Origin: Bacilli bacterium | GTDB lineage: Bacteria > Bacillota_I > Bacilli_A > RF39 > UBA660 | DNA length: 64,000 nt | Assembly: GCA_017625395.1 (NCBI GenBank) | Contig: JAGALD010000065.1 | Span: forward strand, 73,414 to 137,413 | Reading direction: 5' to 3' | Shown here: piece after piece, positions 1 through 8,412 of the stretch | How the letters are laid out: each line of letters starts with the position of its first letter | Position numbering within the stretch: position 1 is the first letter of the stretch | The notes under the pieces: model-generated | Databases searched by the model: none | What the model saw: the letters and a program-made list of their open reading frames with translations, nothing else | What the model was told of the DNA's origin: nothing | Made by a program: the position numbers and the translations under genes

Positions 1-1302
1 TATGAATTTTCTTGAATCTATTGATACTTTATCTCCAATATTATAAAAATATTTTTCTTCTACAGAAAAAGAAATACTTTCATCAGTATTTCCATTAGTA
101 TCTAAATATAAATCAGTTCTTTCATCGCTACTTCCTCTGCTTGTTGCTTGATGTTGTTCATCATTCCTACCCATTTCATTTGGTTCTCTTGTTTCATTTG
201 TTCTGTAATATTCAACTCTATTATCATCTTGTTCATAATAGTTTGAATTCTTGTTTGAGATGTCTGTTCTATCTCTTTCAAGTGTTCCACTAGAGTTCCT
301 TTCATCAACATCACTTCGTAAGTTGCTTTCTTGTGTTCTTTCAAGTATTGTAGTCTCATTATTGAATATTTGCCCATCTCGAACTGTTCCTCTGTCTGTG
401 CTACTAGATTCGGTAGAATATAATCGCCTATCTTCTTGTAAGTTAAGTTCATTATTATCTCTCCTTTCAACATGATTTCCTTTTTCATTATTATCATAAT
501 TTAATTCTTCTTTTTTATCAAATGTACGAATTTTATCTATTTCAGCAATTCGTATATTTTTTAATGATATATATATTTCTCTAATACCCATTTCAGATAT
601 ATCACTAACTGCTACACCTAATCTAGCAAGGTTATCTAAATCTTTAAAAATTGGTATATCTATAAAATCAGTATAATCAAAATATGGTTTAGGATTTATA
701 CCACTTCTATTAAGCATCATATAAGCGATACTATTTTCTAATAATTTCTTATAATTCTTTTCTATAACTCCATTATCAATACTTTCTAATCTAGTATTAT
801 ATTTGTGATCTATTAAGTCTGTTAAATAGTCTGCATAATTATCTTCCATCAAGTTAATTGCAACTGATTTAATTGCCTCTACAAAAGTTTCCTTATTATT
901 TAATTCTCCATATTTATTTTCTAATGATTCTATTACTTGTTCTTCATACACTTTAGGTACTTGCCATACCTTTAATTCTTTTCCCTTTCTTCCATAAATA
1001 CTATGGGTATCATCTACTCCCCATACATATTTAATTCCAGGTCTGCCATTATAAACTGTTAGAAGTCCAATACCAGGACAACCACTATTAATATATCTTT
1101 TATAAGTCTTATTCCATGTATCAATATCTGCACATGATACTGCTTGTGGTCTTTGAGCATAAATCAATAATTGTTCACTAAAACTATTAGTGTAATTCAT
1201 TGATGCAGTTTTTAGAAACGACTGCCAATTTTCTGAATCTTGTGATATTAAATCAATTGTTTCTTCAAATAATTCATTAACCAACTTTACTGTTGTAGCC
1301 AT
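1..1302 (-). CDS. N-terminal part (434 codons, 3' end outside the window) of a large ICE polyvalent protein: an ArdC-N-like ssDNA-binding/antirestriction domain followed by an acidic/polar low-complexity linker
   Basis: This ORF is absent from the ORF track because it has no in-window stop. I read the minus strand by hand from ATG 1302..1300. An AGGTGA SD lies 6 nt upstream and an in-frame TGA lies just upstream of that. I found no stop down to position 1. The segment ENWQSFLKTASMNYTNSFSEQLLIYAQRPQAVSCADIDTWNKTYKRYINSGCPGIGLL resembles the ArdC-N (DUF1738-type) domain. A D/E/R/N/S/T-rich linker follows, and the ORF ends in-window with EEKYFYNIGDKVSIDSRKFI. Confidence 0.6.
   Translation of the reverse strand, partial: MATTVKLVNELFEETIDLISQDSENWQSFLKTASMNYTNSFSEQLLIYAQRPQAVSCADIDTWNKTYKRYINSGCPGIGLLTVYNGRPGIKYVWGVDDTHSIYGRKGKELKVWQVPKVYEEQVIESLENKYGELNNKETFVEAIKSVAINLMEDNYADYLTDLIDHKYNTRLESIDNGVIEKNYKKLLENSIAYMMLNRSGINPKPYFDYTDFIDIPIFKDLDNLARLGVAVSDISEMGIREIYISLKNIRIAEIDKIRTFDKKEELNYDNNEKGNHVERRDNNELNLQEDRRLYSTESSSTDRGTVRDGQIFNNETTILERTQESNLRSDVDERNSSGTLERDRTDISNKNSNYYEQDDNRVEYYRTNETREPNEMGRNDEQHQATSRGSSDERTDLYLDTNGNTDESISFSVEEKYFYNIGDKVSIDSRKFI
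102..452 (-). CDS. tnpV: TnpV-like transposon-encoded protein (116 aa from the internal Met of track ORF 102..497), nested out of frame inside the ORF 1..1302
   Basis: The translation is MNLTYKKIGDYILPNL...MGKYSIMRLQYLKEHKKATYEVMLMKGTLVEHLKEIEQ...ITEQMKQENQMKWVGMMNNIKQQAEEVAMKELIYI. It matches remembered TnpV family hallmarks (GDYLIP, YLKEH, LL.G.L..HL.EI, ITE.LK, W...MNNI, E.IY). A strong SD, AAAGGAG, sits 8 nt upstream of ATG 452. Confidence 0.6.
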   Translation of the reverse strand: MNLTYKKIGDYILPNLVAQTEEQFEMGKYSIMRLQYLKEHKKATYEVMLMKGTLVEHLKEIEQTSQTRIQTIMNKMIIELNITEQMKQENQMKWVGMMNNIKQQAEEVAMKELIYI

Positions 1303-1332
1303 ATCTCACCTGCCTTTCAATTAATATTAAAA

Positions 1333-1650
1333 TTATTTCTTTTCTCGATTATTTATTAAAATAGAATAATAATCTTCTATATTTTCTTGTTCAATTCGTA
1401 CTAATAACTGCCATATCATATCACTTGCCTCATTTGGGAAGTATCTAACATCTACAAATTCAGTATCAGAGTCATTAATTCTTGGAACACTATAGGTTAG
1501 CATTTTCTTTTTTAACTTTTCAGCTATTGATGATAAGTTTTCATCATTAATATTTGCTTGGCTATTTAATTCTAAAATACTAACTAATTTATTAAATAAA
1601 CTCTTATCAAGAGTTAATTGTACTGATGGTTTTCTTTTTTCATGTGACAT
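1333..1650 (-). CDS. Hypothetical small ICE protein (105 aa)
   Basis: Track ORF. It is translationally coupled to the upstream ORF, with start and stop sharing position 1650. No family was recognised. Confidence 0.5.
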   Translation of the reverse strand: MSHEKRKPSVQLTLDKSLFNKLVSILELNSQANINDENLSSIAEKLKKKMLTYSVPRINDSDTEFVDVRYFPNEASDMIWQLLVRIEQENIEDYYSILINNREKK

Positions 1651-1877
1651 TATCTTTCTACCTCCCTATTTTTATCTAATGAATAAAAACTTTTAGTAAT
1701 ATTTGCATTCTTAACTTCTACTTGTGTACATTCACTTAATAAACTCTTAAACTTCTCATCTGTTATACTTTCAATCGTATCTTTCAAAATCCTATCAGCT
1801 TCCTCTTTATTTTCTGCTAATACAGTTAAATCCATTCTGCAATTAAAATTTGCTTTGTAATCATATTCATTATTCAT
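1650..1877 (-). CDS. Hypothetical small ICE protein (75 aa)
   Basis: Track ORF. It overlaps its neighbours by 1 and 8 nt in an operon-like arrangement. No family was recognised. Confidence 0.5.
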   Translation of the reverse strand: MNNEYDYKANFNCRMDLTVLAENKEEADRILKDTIESITDEKFKSLLSECTQVEVKNANITKSFYSLDKNREVER

Positions 1878-2109
1878 TTATCTTTCCCTCTTTCTTTTCT
1901 TCTTTACAACTTAAAAAAGCAATTAGTTTCTTACTCTTAATTGCTCTTTTTAAATCAATAATTATTGATATATCAGTTGATGATATATCTGGTATTTTTT
2001 CTAAATCTTCCAATTGTATCGCAAGTATTCCTTTTTCATCTATGAATCCTGCATTAAATATTTTTTCTAATAACTTTGTAATATTAGACAAAGTATATTT
2101 TTTACTCAT
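1870..2109 (-). CDS. Hypothetical small ICE protein (79 aa)
   Basis: Track ORF. It overlaps the sortase stop by 8 nt. No family was recognised. Confidence 0.5.
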   Translation of the reverse strand: MSKKYTLSNITKLLEKIFNAGFIDEKGILAIQLEDLEKIPDISSTDISIIIDLKRAIKSKKLIAFLSCKEEKKEGKINE

Positions 2110-2788
2110 TTTCTATATCCTCCATTAATTCAAATATAAATATTATTTGTTTTTCTGTATTATGCTTACAAGTAACTAGTGTCATAGTTGTTTTATTAGC
2201 ATTTCTTACAATATTTGCTTTACCTGTTTTATCTATTTCATAAGAATTAACTAACTTATATCCATATCTTCCACCATTATAGTAAACATAAGCAATATCT
2301 CCTATTTCTAACTTATTTAGATTCTTAAAATATGCAATTCTTCCATTACCACTATGCCCAGCCAAAATAAAATTACCATTTAATTTATCAGGCATATCTG
2401 ATTCTTTTAAGATTTGAATATTTTTATCTACATTGTTATTAGATGAACTTTTATCAAATAAGCCCTTTTTCAAGTTAATTTTAGGTATCTCTAAAACTGC
2501 AATATAGTTTGGAGTTGATACTTTTTCTTCACTTTTAGGTTCTTCTTTTAGTTCTTCTACGACACTTTCTTCTACATAAGTTTCATTAATAGGTATATTT
2601 TTTTGTTCTTCAATAAAACTATCTATCATAACTTGTTCTTCTTGATATATACGATTCAAGTTATAATACTTAAATCCAATAACTGATATTCCTATAATAA
2701 TTAAAAGAAAAGAGCCAACTATTATAAGATGACTCTTGTTAAATCCTTTCTTTTTATTTTCTTTTTTTCTTTTTACTAACATAAACAA
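2102..2788 (-). CDS. Sortase-family transpeptidase (ICE-encoded) with an N-terminal membrane anchor
   Basis: It has an N-terminal TM segment (LIIVGSFLLIIIGISVIGF), the LAGHSG motif (catalytic His) and the TLVTC motif (catalytic Cys). It lies directly downstream of a surface protein that carries a sorting signal. Confidence 0.8.
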   Translation of the reverse strand: MFMLVKRKKENKKKGFNKSHLIIVGSFLLIIIGISVIGFKYYNLNRIYQEEQVMIDSFIEEQKNIPINETYVEESVVEELKEEPKSEEKVSTPNYIAVLEIPKINLKKGLFDKSSSNNNVDKNIQILKESDMPDKLNGNFILAGHSGNGRIAYFKNLNKLEIGDIAYVYYNGGRYGYKLVNSYEIDKTGKANIVRNANKTTMTLVTCKHNTEKQIIFIFELMEDIENE

Positions 2789-5564
2789 TAGCTCCTATCC
2801 CTACAATGATTAAACTTGTTCCAACTATTTCAGTTAAATAGTTAGCATTTGTATCAGTATTAGGTACTTCAATAATAACTTTTTCATTTACCATTGTAGC
2901 TTTAATTATTTCTCCATCTTCTTTAATTTCAAAAAACATTTTTTCTTCATTTAGAATATAGCCATCAGGAGCTTCTTTTTCTAAAATAAAATATTTATTT
3001 TTTCTTAATTCGTTGATAACAATCATTCCATTTTCATCAGTTCTACCAGAAAATACTAATTCATTATCTTCTGTATATATTTCAATTAAAGTATTTGGCA
3101 ATGGTTCTCCACTTGAATAATCAACTTTTGAAAACTCTAATGTTCCAGTAATTGGTTTATTTTTCATTTCAGCTTTTACAATTTCTCCATTATCTTTAAT
3201 TTCAAAATAAACTATTTCATCAGTTAAAACATAATTTGAGTTACTTTCTACCTCAATTATGAAATACTTTCCTACTTTTAAATCTTCTATAACAATTTGT
3301 CCATTAGAATCAGTCATACCAGAGAATACTAACTCTTTTTCTTCAGTATAAACCTCGATTAAAGTATCTGGTATTGGCTCTCCATTAACAAGATCAGTTT
3401 TAGTAAAAACTAAATCTCCTTTTTTTAATTTATTATTTACTTTTAATATTTCTGACACAATTGCAGTTTTGTTATCTATTTCTGTTAGTTCTATTTCATA
3501 TTCTTTTTCATCTAGTACATATTCATTTAATGTTTTTGATTCTTTTACTAGATATTTTCCAAGATAAAGATTCTCAAAAGCTGCACTTCCATTATCATCA
3601 GTAATTACTTTACCTACTAAATCTCCTTTTTTATAATGAGTAATTCCATCTAATGTAGTAATATCTTCATTAGCATAAATTGAAAACTCAATTCCACCTA
3701 ATTCTGTAGTTTCATAACTAAAATTACCATTGCTTACACTAAATAAATCTCCAGTCTTTTCTATTTTAACTGTTCCCATAATTTTCTTATTAACAAATTC
3801 AACAGTAATATAGTTTCCATATTCTTTATCTACTGTGATATTACTATTTTCATCTATTGAAAAAATAATTCCTTCTTCATTTAATAAATATCCTTGAGGA
3901 GATGATATTTCTTCTAGTAGATATTTTTTAGGCATCAATGGATATGGAGTAATAAACTCTCCATTATCATCTGTTTTAAATTCACATAATTCTTTTTGGC
4001 TAGGATAAGAAATCTTTTGACATACATAACTATCATTAGATAAGTCTTTAATCTTGAATGTTACATTAGCATAATTAATTCTTTGTTTTGAATCAGCATC
4101 AATTTTTACTAGTTTTAATTTTGCAGTAATTGGGGCATTAGAAAATGATAAATTAATTACTTCCTCTGAATCTTCATTTACTGTAACAACAAAATCTTCT
4201 ATTTTTTCATATCCATGAGTTGTAGTCACTTGTTTTCCTGTATATGTTCCATAAGGTAAATTCAAAGTAGCATAACCATTTTCATCAGTAACTACTGTTG
4301 CCACAAGTTTATTATCTTTATCATAGAATTCAAACTTAATATCTTTTTCTGGTAAAAGATTTCCAGTTTCTCCATTAGCATAATACTTATGAATTTGAAT
4401 TTGTCTTTTAATTACTTGTTCATAAACTGTAATAGTTGGATTTAATTCTTCTTCTGTTATCTCAAATGTATACTCTTTTAAATCTAATTCGTATCCTTTA
4501 GAACTACTAATCTCTTTTAATTTGAATTGACCTACATAAGGCAAGTAATCACTAGTTACTTTTCCATCTGCACCTGTAACTATTTTGGTAATTAAATTGT
4601 CAGACATATCGTATATACCATAGGTAGCATTTTCTAAAACACCCTCTCCTAATCCTACTGGTTCTCCAGTATCACGATCTAGTTTTTGAAGTGTTAATTT
4701 TCCTCCAATTATTTTAAAGTTTAATAAAGTTCTACTTGGGTCTAAATTACCAACCCTCATGATGTTTTGAGTACCTGTTGCATAATACAAAACAGGATCT
4801 GTGTCATATAAATTATGTGTTTTTGTAAAAGTTACTGCTCCATTACCTAATCCTGTTGGAGTAATTGTTATTTCATTACCATTAGTAGTAACTTTAACAT
4901 TATCAGAACTATTTACTGTGTAACTACTTAATACACCATTCTCATCAGTAAAAGTATAACTTTGTCCCATATTAAAAGTATCAGTTGTTAATTTGATACT
5001 TGGTTTTTTCTTATGATTTTGTACTAATGACTCTAACTCTGCAATTTCACTAGCAAATAAACTATCATTTCTAGTACCATTTAAAGTATTAGTAAAATAT
5101 ATTTGGCTAGTTGGTTCAACAGTTCTCCAAATCAAAACTTGGGTAATAGCATACCATTTATGGTCAGAGTGATTATAACCTTCTTGATTATAACTGTACC
5201 CATAATAAGCATATAATGCTATTTTTTGCCATTGTTCTTCTGTTAGACCTAATATTGCAGCATAATCAGAACGAGCTACATTATAAACATAAGTATTATC
5301 TATTTCTACATAAGGTTGTAAACAATATACAAACTTATTATCTTCACTTCTTCTTATGAATCGTGCTTGTTGCCATTTTATATATCCATCTGGTTTTTCT
5401 TTCTTAATGTAAATATTACTAATAAATTCACTAGGCCACATAGCTTGACCAGTATATTTTTCTGCTTTTACATTAATACTTCCAGTAAAAAATAAAGTCA
5501 TAGTTATTGCTATGACTCCAATTAAATATTTTGGTATCTTCATTATTTTCCTCCTTTTCTCCAA
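2754..5564 (-). CDS. Cell-wall-anchored adhesin: thioester (TQxA-type) domain followed by repeated CnaB/SpaA-like domains and a C-terminal sorting signal
   Basis: It has a signal peptide. VYCLQP (Cys) and YAITQVLIW (Gln) fit a Cys-Gln thioester domain. Repeated roughly 85-aa modules are present, for example GEPIPDTLIEVYTEEKELVFSGMTDSNGQIVIEDLKVGKYFIIE and GEPLPNTLIEIYTEDNELVFSGRTDENGMIVINELRKNKYFILE. The C-terminus reads EVPNTDT, then a hydrophobic stretch, then KKKKRK. Confidence 0.85.
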   Translation of the reverse strand: MEKRRKIMKIPKYLIGVIAITMTLFFTGSINVKAEKYTGQAMWPSEFISNIYIKKEKPDGYIKWQQARFIRRSEDNKFVYCLQPYVEIDNTYVYNVARSDYAAILGLTEEQWQKIALYAYYGYSYNQEGYNHSDHKWYAITQVLIWRTVEPTSQIYFTNTLNGTRNDSLFASEIAELESLVQNHKKKPSIKLTTDTFNMGQSYTFTDENGVLSSYTVNSSDNVKVTTNGNEITITPTGLGNGAVTFTKTHNLYDTDPVLYYATGTQNIMRVGNLDPSRTLLNFKIIGGKLTLQKLDRDTGEPVGLGEGVLENATYGIYDMSDNLITKIVTGADGKVTSDYLPYVGQFKLKEISSSKGYELDLKEYTFEITEEELNPTITVYEQVIKRQIQIHKYYANGETGNLLPEKDIKFEFYDKDNKLVATVVTDENGYATLNLPYGTYTGKQVTTTHGYEKIEDFVVTVNEDSEEVINLSFSNAPITAKLKLVKIDADSKQRINYANVTFKIKDLSNDSYVCQKISYPSQKELCEFKTDDNGEFITPYPLMPKKYLLEEISSPQGYLLNEEGIIFSIDENSNITVDKEYGNYITVEFVNKKIMGTVKIEKTGDLFSVSNGNFSYETTELGGIEFSIYANEDITTLDGITHYKKGDLVGKVITDDNGSAAFENLYLGKYLVKESKTLNEYVLDEKEYEIELTEIDNKTAIVSEILKVNNKLKKGDLVFTKTDLVNGEPIPDTLIEVYTEEKELVFSGMTDSNGQIVIEDLKVGKYFIIEVESNSNYVLTDEIVYFEIKDNGEIVKAEMKNKPITGTLEFSKVDYSSGEPLPNTLIEIYTEDNELVFSGRTDENGMIVINELRKNKYFILEKEAPDGYILNEEKMFFEIKEDGEIIKATMVNEKVIIEVPNTDTNANYLTEIVGTSLIIVGIGAIVYVSKKKKRK

Positions 5565-5583
5565 AATAAAAAGCCCATTAGGG

Positions 5584-6279
5584 CTAACTTAAACTCAACA
5601 TTACTCCAATAAAATCTCCAGAATAACTTTTCACTTCATAACACCAATAATCAGTATAATCTTGATACCACTCTCCTGTTTGTTCATTTACTTTAAAACT
5701 TGTTGCATCTTCTCCTGCAACATAACAACTATTAAAATCTGTGTGTGTTACTTTTTGCCAACTAATCATTGGACTATGATAATATTCATATTCAGTTATT
5801 CCTAATTCATCCCATACTTCTAATTTTTTAGTTTCTTCTTGAACTGGTGGATTTGTAATTGTTGAAGTTTCTTGTTTTTGTTCAGTAGTATTATTCTCTT
5901 GTTTTTCATCTACTTTTGTTTCTTGTTTCTCATTGTTAGTAATTTCTGTTTTATCAACAGTTTGTTGTTCTTCTTTTTTGCTAGTTTCCACTTTTTCTGT
6001 GGATTTATTTTTTTCTTGATTCACATTTGAAGAACTACTTGTAGGTTTTTCTTCGCTTTTAGAATTATTATCCACAATTTCTGTTGATTCTTTCTCAACA
6101 TTTGAACTATCCACATTCTCAACTTGATTTGAATTTATCTCAACCTCTTTTTCAACAACTTCATCATCAACAATATCTGCAACTGCAGTTGATTGTCCAT
6201 TAAATGCTGATCCAATACCTACAAACAAACTAATCAAAACAAAAAGTATAAATGCTCGTATCAATTTCATTTTCCTCAC
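5584..6279 (-). CDS. Secreted ICE protein of unknown function: signal peptide, S/E/K/N/T-rich low-complexity region, Cys-containing C-terminal domain
   Basis: Track ORF. The N-terminus MRKMKLIRAFILFVLISLFVGIGSA is signal-like. The C-terminal ~80 aa (WDELGITEYEYYHSP...CYVAGED...WCYEVKSYSGDF) are non-repetitive. Confidence 0.6.
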   Translation of the reverse strand: MRKMKLIRAFILFVLISLFVGIGSAFNGQSTAVADIVDDEVVEKEVEINSNQVENVDSSNVEKESTEIVDNNSKSEEKPTSSSSNVNQEKNKSTEKVETSKKEEQQTVDKTEITNNEKQETKVDEKQENNTTEQKQETSTITNPPVQEETKKLEVWDELGITEYEYYHSPMISWQKVTHTDFNSCYVAGEDATSFKVNEQTGEWYQDYTDYWCYEVKSYSGDFIGVMLSLS

Positions 6280-6423
6280 TCCTTTTCTTGCCTACATCCT
6301 AGCATTATCACAACTATTTGTCATATCTACAATTTTATATATTCTTTTTCAGTTAGTAATAATAGTTAGTATTTTTTTAGGGTGGATTGTAAGGAGGGAC
6401 TTTTTAGAAAACATACTCCCATA

Positions 6424-7401
6424 CTACCTTTCTTGCCCATTTCTTTCTCGCATTTTTTTGAGATATTTGTCATACCATTTGACAGCTTTGATAACATACT
6501 CCTCTCGCTCTCTATCATTTCTCAAATTAGATGGGAGTACAGATTTTAATTTATTCATACTTACTCGTAAAGTTGGAGTTTGATTTGGTTTTTCTTCATT
6601 AAGTAAATCTTCCATTTTTTCTACTGTAAATGTTTTACTTTGACTCATCTCTTTTAAATCTATCGCTTGTGATTGAGATGGTGTTATTTGATAAAAGTCT
6701 ATATAATCTAACAAACATTCTTGTTCTTCTTTTGTTAAATATGAAATCTCTACTGCTGGACTTAATGCGATACTTAATTTTTCTTTATCTTTTAAGACAG
6801 AGTTATCAACATATTCTAAAAGTTTTGGTAATAGATATGTTAATCTTATATATCTTCTTATTTTATCTTCACTTTCTCCTACTTGTTCTGCGACAACTTG
6901 TCTTGATGTTTTAGACTTCTGTGCAATTTCAACAGAAGTTAAATCATTTCTTTTTCCTTGATGACTTAAAGCCTCCAGTTTCATTTTATAAGCAAATGCT
7001 TTTTCACTTGGTAATACCTTTTCTCTTTGCATATTACTGTCAACCATTATAATTGTAGCTTCATCATCAGTTAACTCCCTAACAATACATGGGATAGTAT
7101 CCATATTTGCAAGTTCACTTGCTTTCTTTCGTCTATGACCTGAAATCATCTCATATTTCCCATTATCTTTTTTTCTTACAAGTGCAGGAGATAATACTCC
7201 CTTTTCTTTAATACTTGTTGCCATGTCTTTTAATTCATCATTGACAATAACTTTAAATGGATGGTCTGGGAAGTCATCAATATCATTTAATTTAATATTA
7301 ACTACTTTTTCTAAATCTGCCTCATCTCTAGTCTTTTGATTAGTGAACAAATCATCTAGCGATGGTAGATACATTTTTTCGCTTTTCTTTTCCACTTTCA
7401 T
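6424..7401 (-). CDS. parB: ParB-like partition/nuclease-domain protein (ICE-borne)
   Basis: It has the ParB N-terminal box (VLSPALVRK...YEMISGHRRKKASELA) and lies directly downstream of parA. The real start may be the internal Met at 7374. Confidence 0.85.
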   Translation of the reverse strand: MKVEKKSEKMYLPSLDDLFTNQKTRDEADLEKVVNIKLNDIDDFPDHPFKVIVNDELKDMATSIKEKGVLSPALVRKKDNGKYEMISGHRRKKASELANMDTIPCIVRELTDDEATIIMVDSNMQREKVLPSEKAFAYKMKLEALSHQGKRNDLTSVEIAQKSKTSRQVVAEQVGESEDKIRRYIRLTYLLPKLLEYVDNSVLKDKEKLSIALSPAVEISYLTKEEQECLLDYIDFYQITPSQSQAIDLKEMSQSKTFTVEKMEDLLNEEKPNQTPTLRVSMNKLKSVLPSNLRNDREREEYVIKAVKWYDKYLKKMRERNGQER

Positions 7402-8194
7402 CTACCTCCTTTGCAAATTGATAATAAGCATCTGCTACTTTGCTATTTTTATCATAAGAAAAAATACTCTTACCTGCTGAAGTTGATTTAGCAACCTTAA
7501 CTCCAATAGGTATAGTATTCTTATATACATTTATATACTTACCATACTCGTTTTTAACAGTATCTTTTATCTCTTGTGATAAATTAGTCCTATTATCATA
7601 TAAAGTTAATAAAATACCACCTATTTCTAAATTAGGATTAATCTGTCTTTTTACCCTAGATACTGAATCCATAAGTTGACTTACTGACTTTAATGATAAG
7701 TATTGTGTCTGAACTGGTATTACAACCTTATCTGCTGCTGCAAGTGCATTAATGGTTATCATTCCTAAACTTGGCATACAATCAATGAGTATATAATCAT
7801 AATTGTCCTTTACTTCCTTTAAACAATTCTTAATTACTACTTCTCGATTCATAGCATTAAGTAATGGTATTTCCATTGCAGATAAATCCAAGTTAGATGG
7901 TATCAAATCAATATTTTCTTCATGATGCAAAATAACATCATTAATATCTAATGGTATATCATTTATATAACTACCTATCAATGTTGCTATTGTTTTCATC
8001 TTATCTTGATTATTTTTATTCAACTCTTGTTCATAATACCCCATACATACAGTTAAATCTCCTTGTGGATCTGCATCCAGTAATAATACTTTCTTTCCTA
8101 ATTTAGATAAAGCAACTCCTAAACTTAAAGTTGTTGTTGTCTTTCCAACTCCACCTTTTTGATTAGATATAGCAATTACCCTACAATTTGACAT
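7352..8194 (-). CDS. parA: ParA/Soj-type partition ATPase (ICE-borne)
   Basis: It has the deviant Walker A NQKGGVGKTTT and the segments LLLDADPQG and ILIDCMPSLG. Confidence 0.9.
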   Translation of the reverse strand: MSNCRVIAISNQKGGVGKTTTTLSLGVALSKLGKKVLLLDADPQGDLTVCMGYYEQELNKNNQDKMKTIATLIGSYINDIPLDINDVILHHEENIDLIPSNLDLSAMEIPLLNAMNREVVIKNCLKEVKDNYDYILIDCMPSLGMITINALAAADKVVIPVQTQYLSLKSVSQLMDSVSRVKRQINPNLEIGGILLTLYDNRTNLSQEIKDTVKNEYGKYINVYKNTIPIGVKVAKSTSAGKSIFSYDKNSKVADAYYQFAKEVDESGKEKRKNVSTIAR

Positions 8195-8220
8195 TCAGTT
8201 CCCTCCTTTCTTTAATATTT

Positions 8221-8246
8221 AGCTACCTTATATAAATAAGATAGCT
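8221..8246. promoter_or_regulatory. Inverted repeat (11-bp arms, one mismatch, 4-bp spacer) in the promoter region of the ICE parAB operon; candidate operator or centromere-like site
   Basis: The sequence AGCTACCTTAT-ATAA-ATAAGATAGCT lies 27-52 nt upstream of the parA start. It overlaps a TTGTAA-N17-TTATAT promoter-like element on the minus strand. Confidence 0.35.
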
Positions 8247-8412
8247 ATGTACTTACAATAAAAAAAAGAATTGAATAATTCATCAATTCCTGTTATGTTT
8301 TGTTAGGTTAAAATATATCAATTTTAGTTACTTAAGATAATGTCACCCTATAATATAGAGTGCAGAATTTATATTAATTTTTACTCAAATTTATCTTTTT
8401 TTGGTGATTTTA

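Noticed and set aside
251-475. 74-aa plus-strand ORF opposite the TnpV / ArdC-linker overlap
   Set aside because: Its S/L/V-rich composition is typical of antisense translation, and it is open only because the plus strand here is A-poor. It has no SD.
6345-6366. Direct repeat AGTTAGTA-N5-AGTTAGTA upstream of the secreted ICE protein gene
   Set aside because: It is short (8 bp) and AT-rich, so it could easily arise by chance. There is no supporting context.
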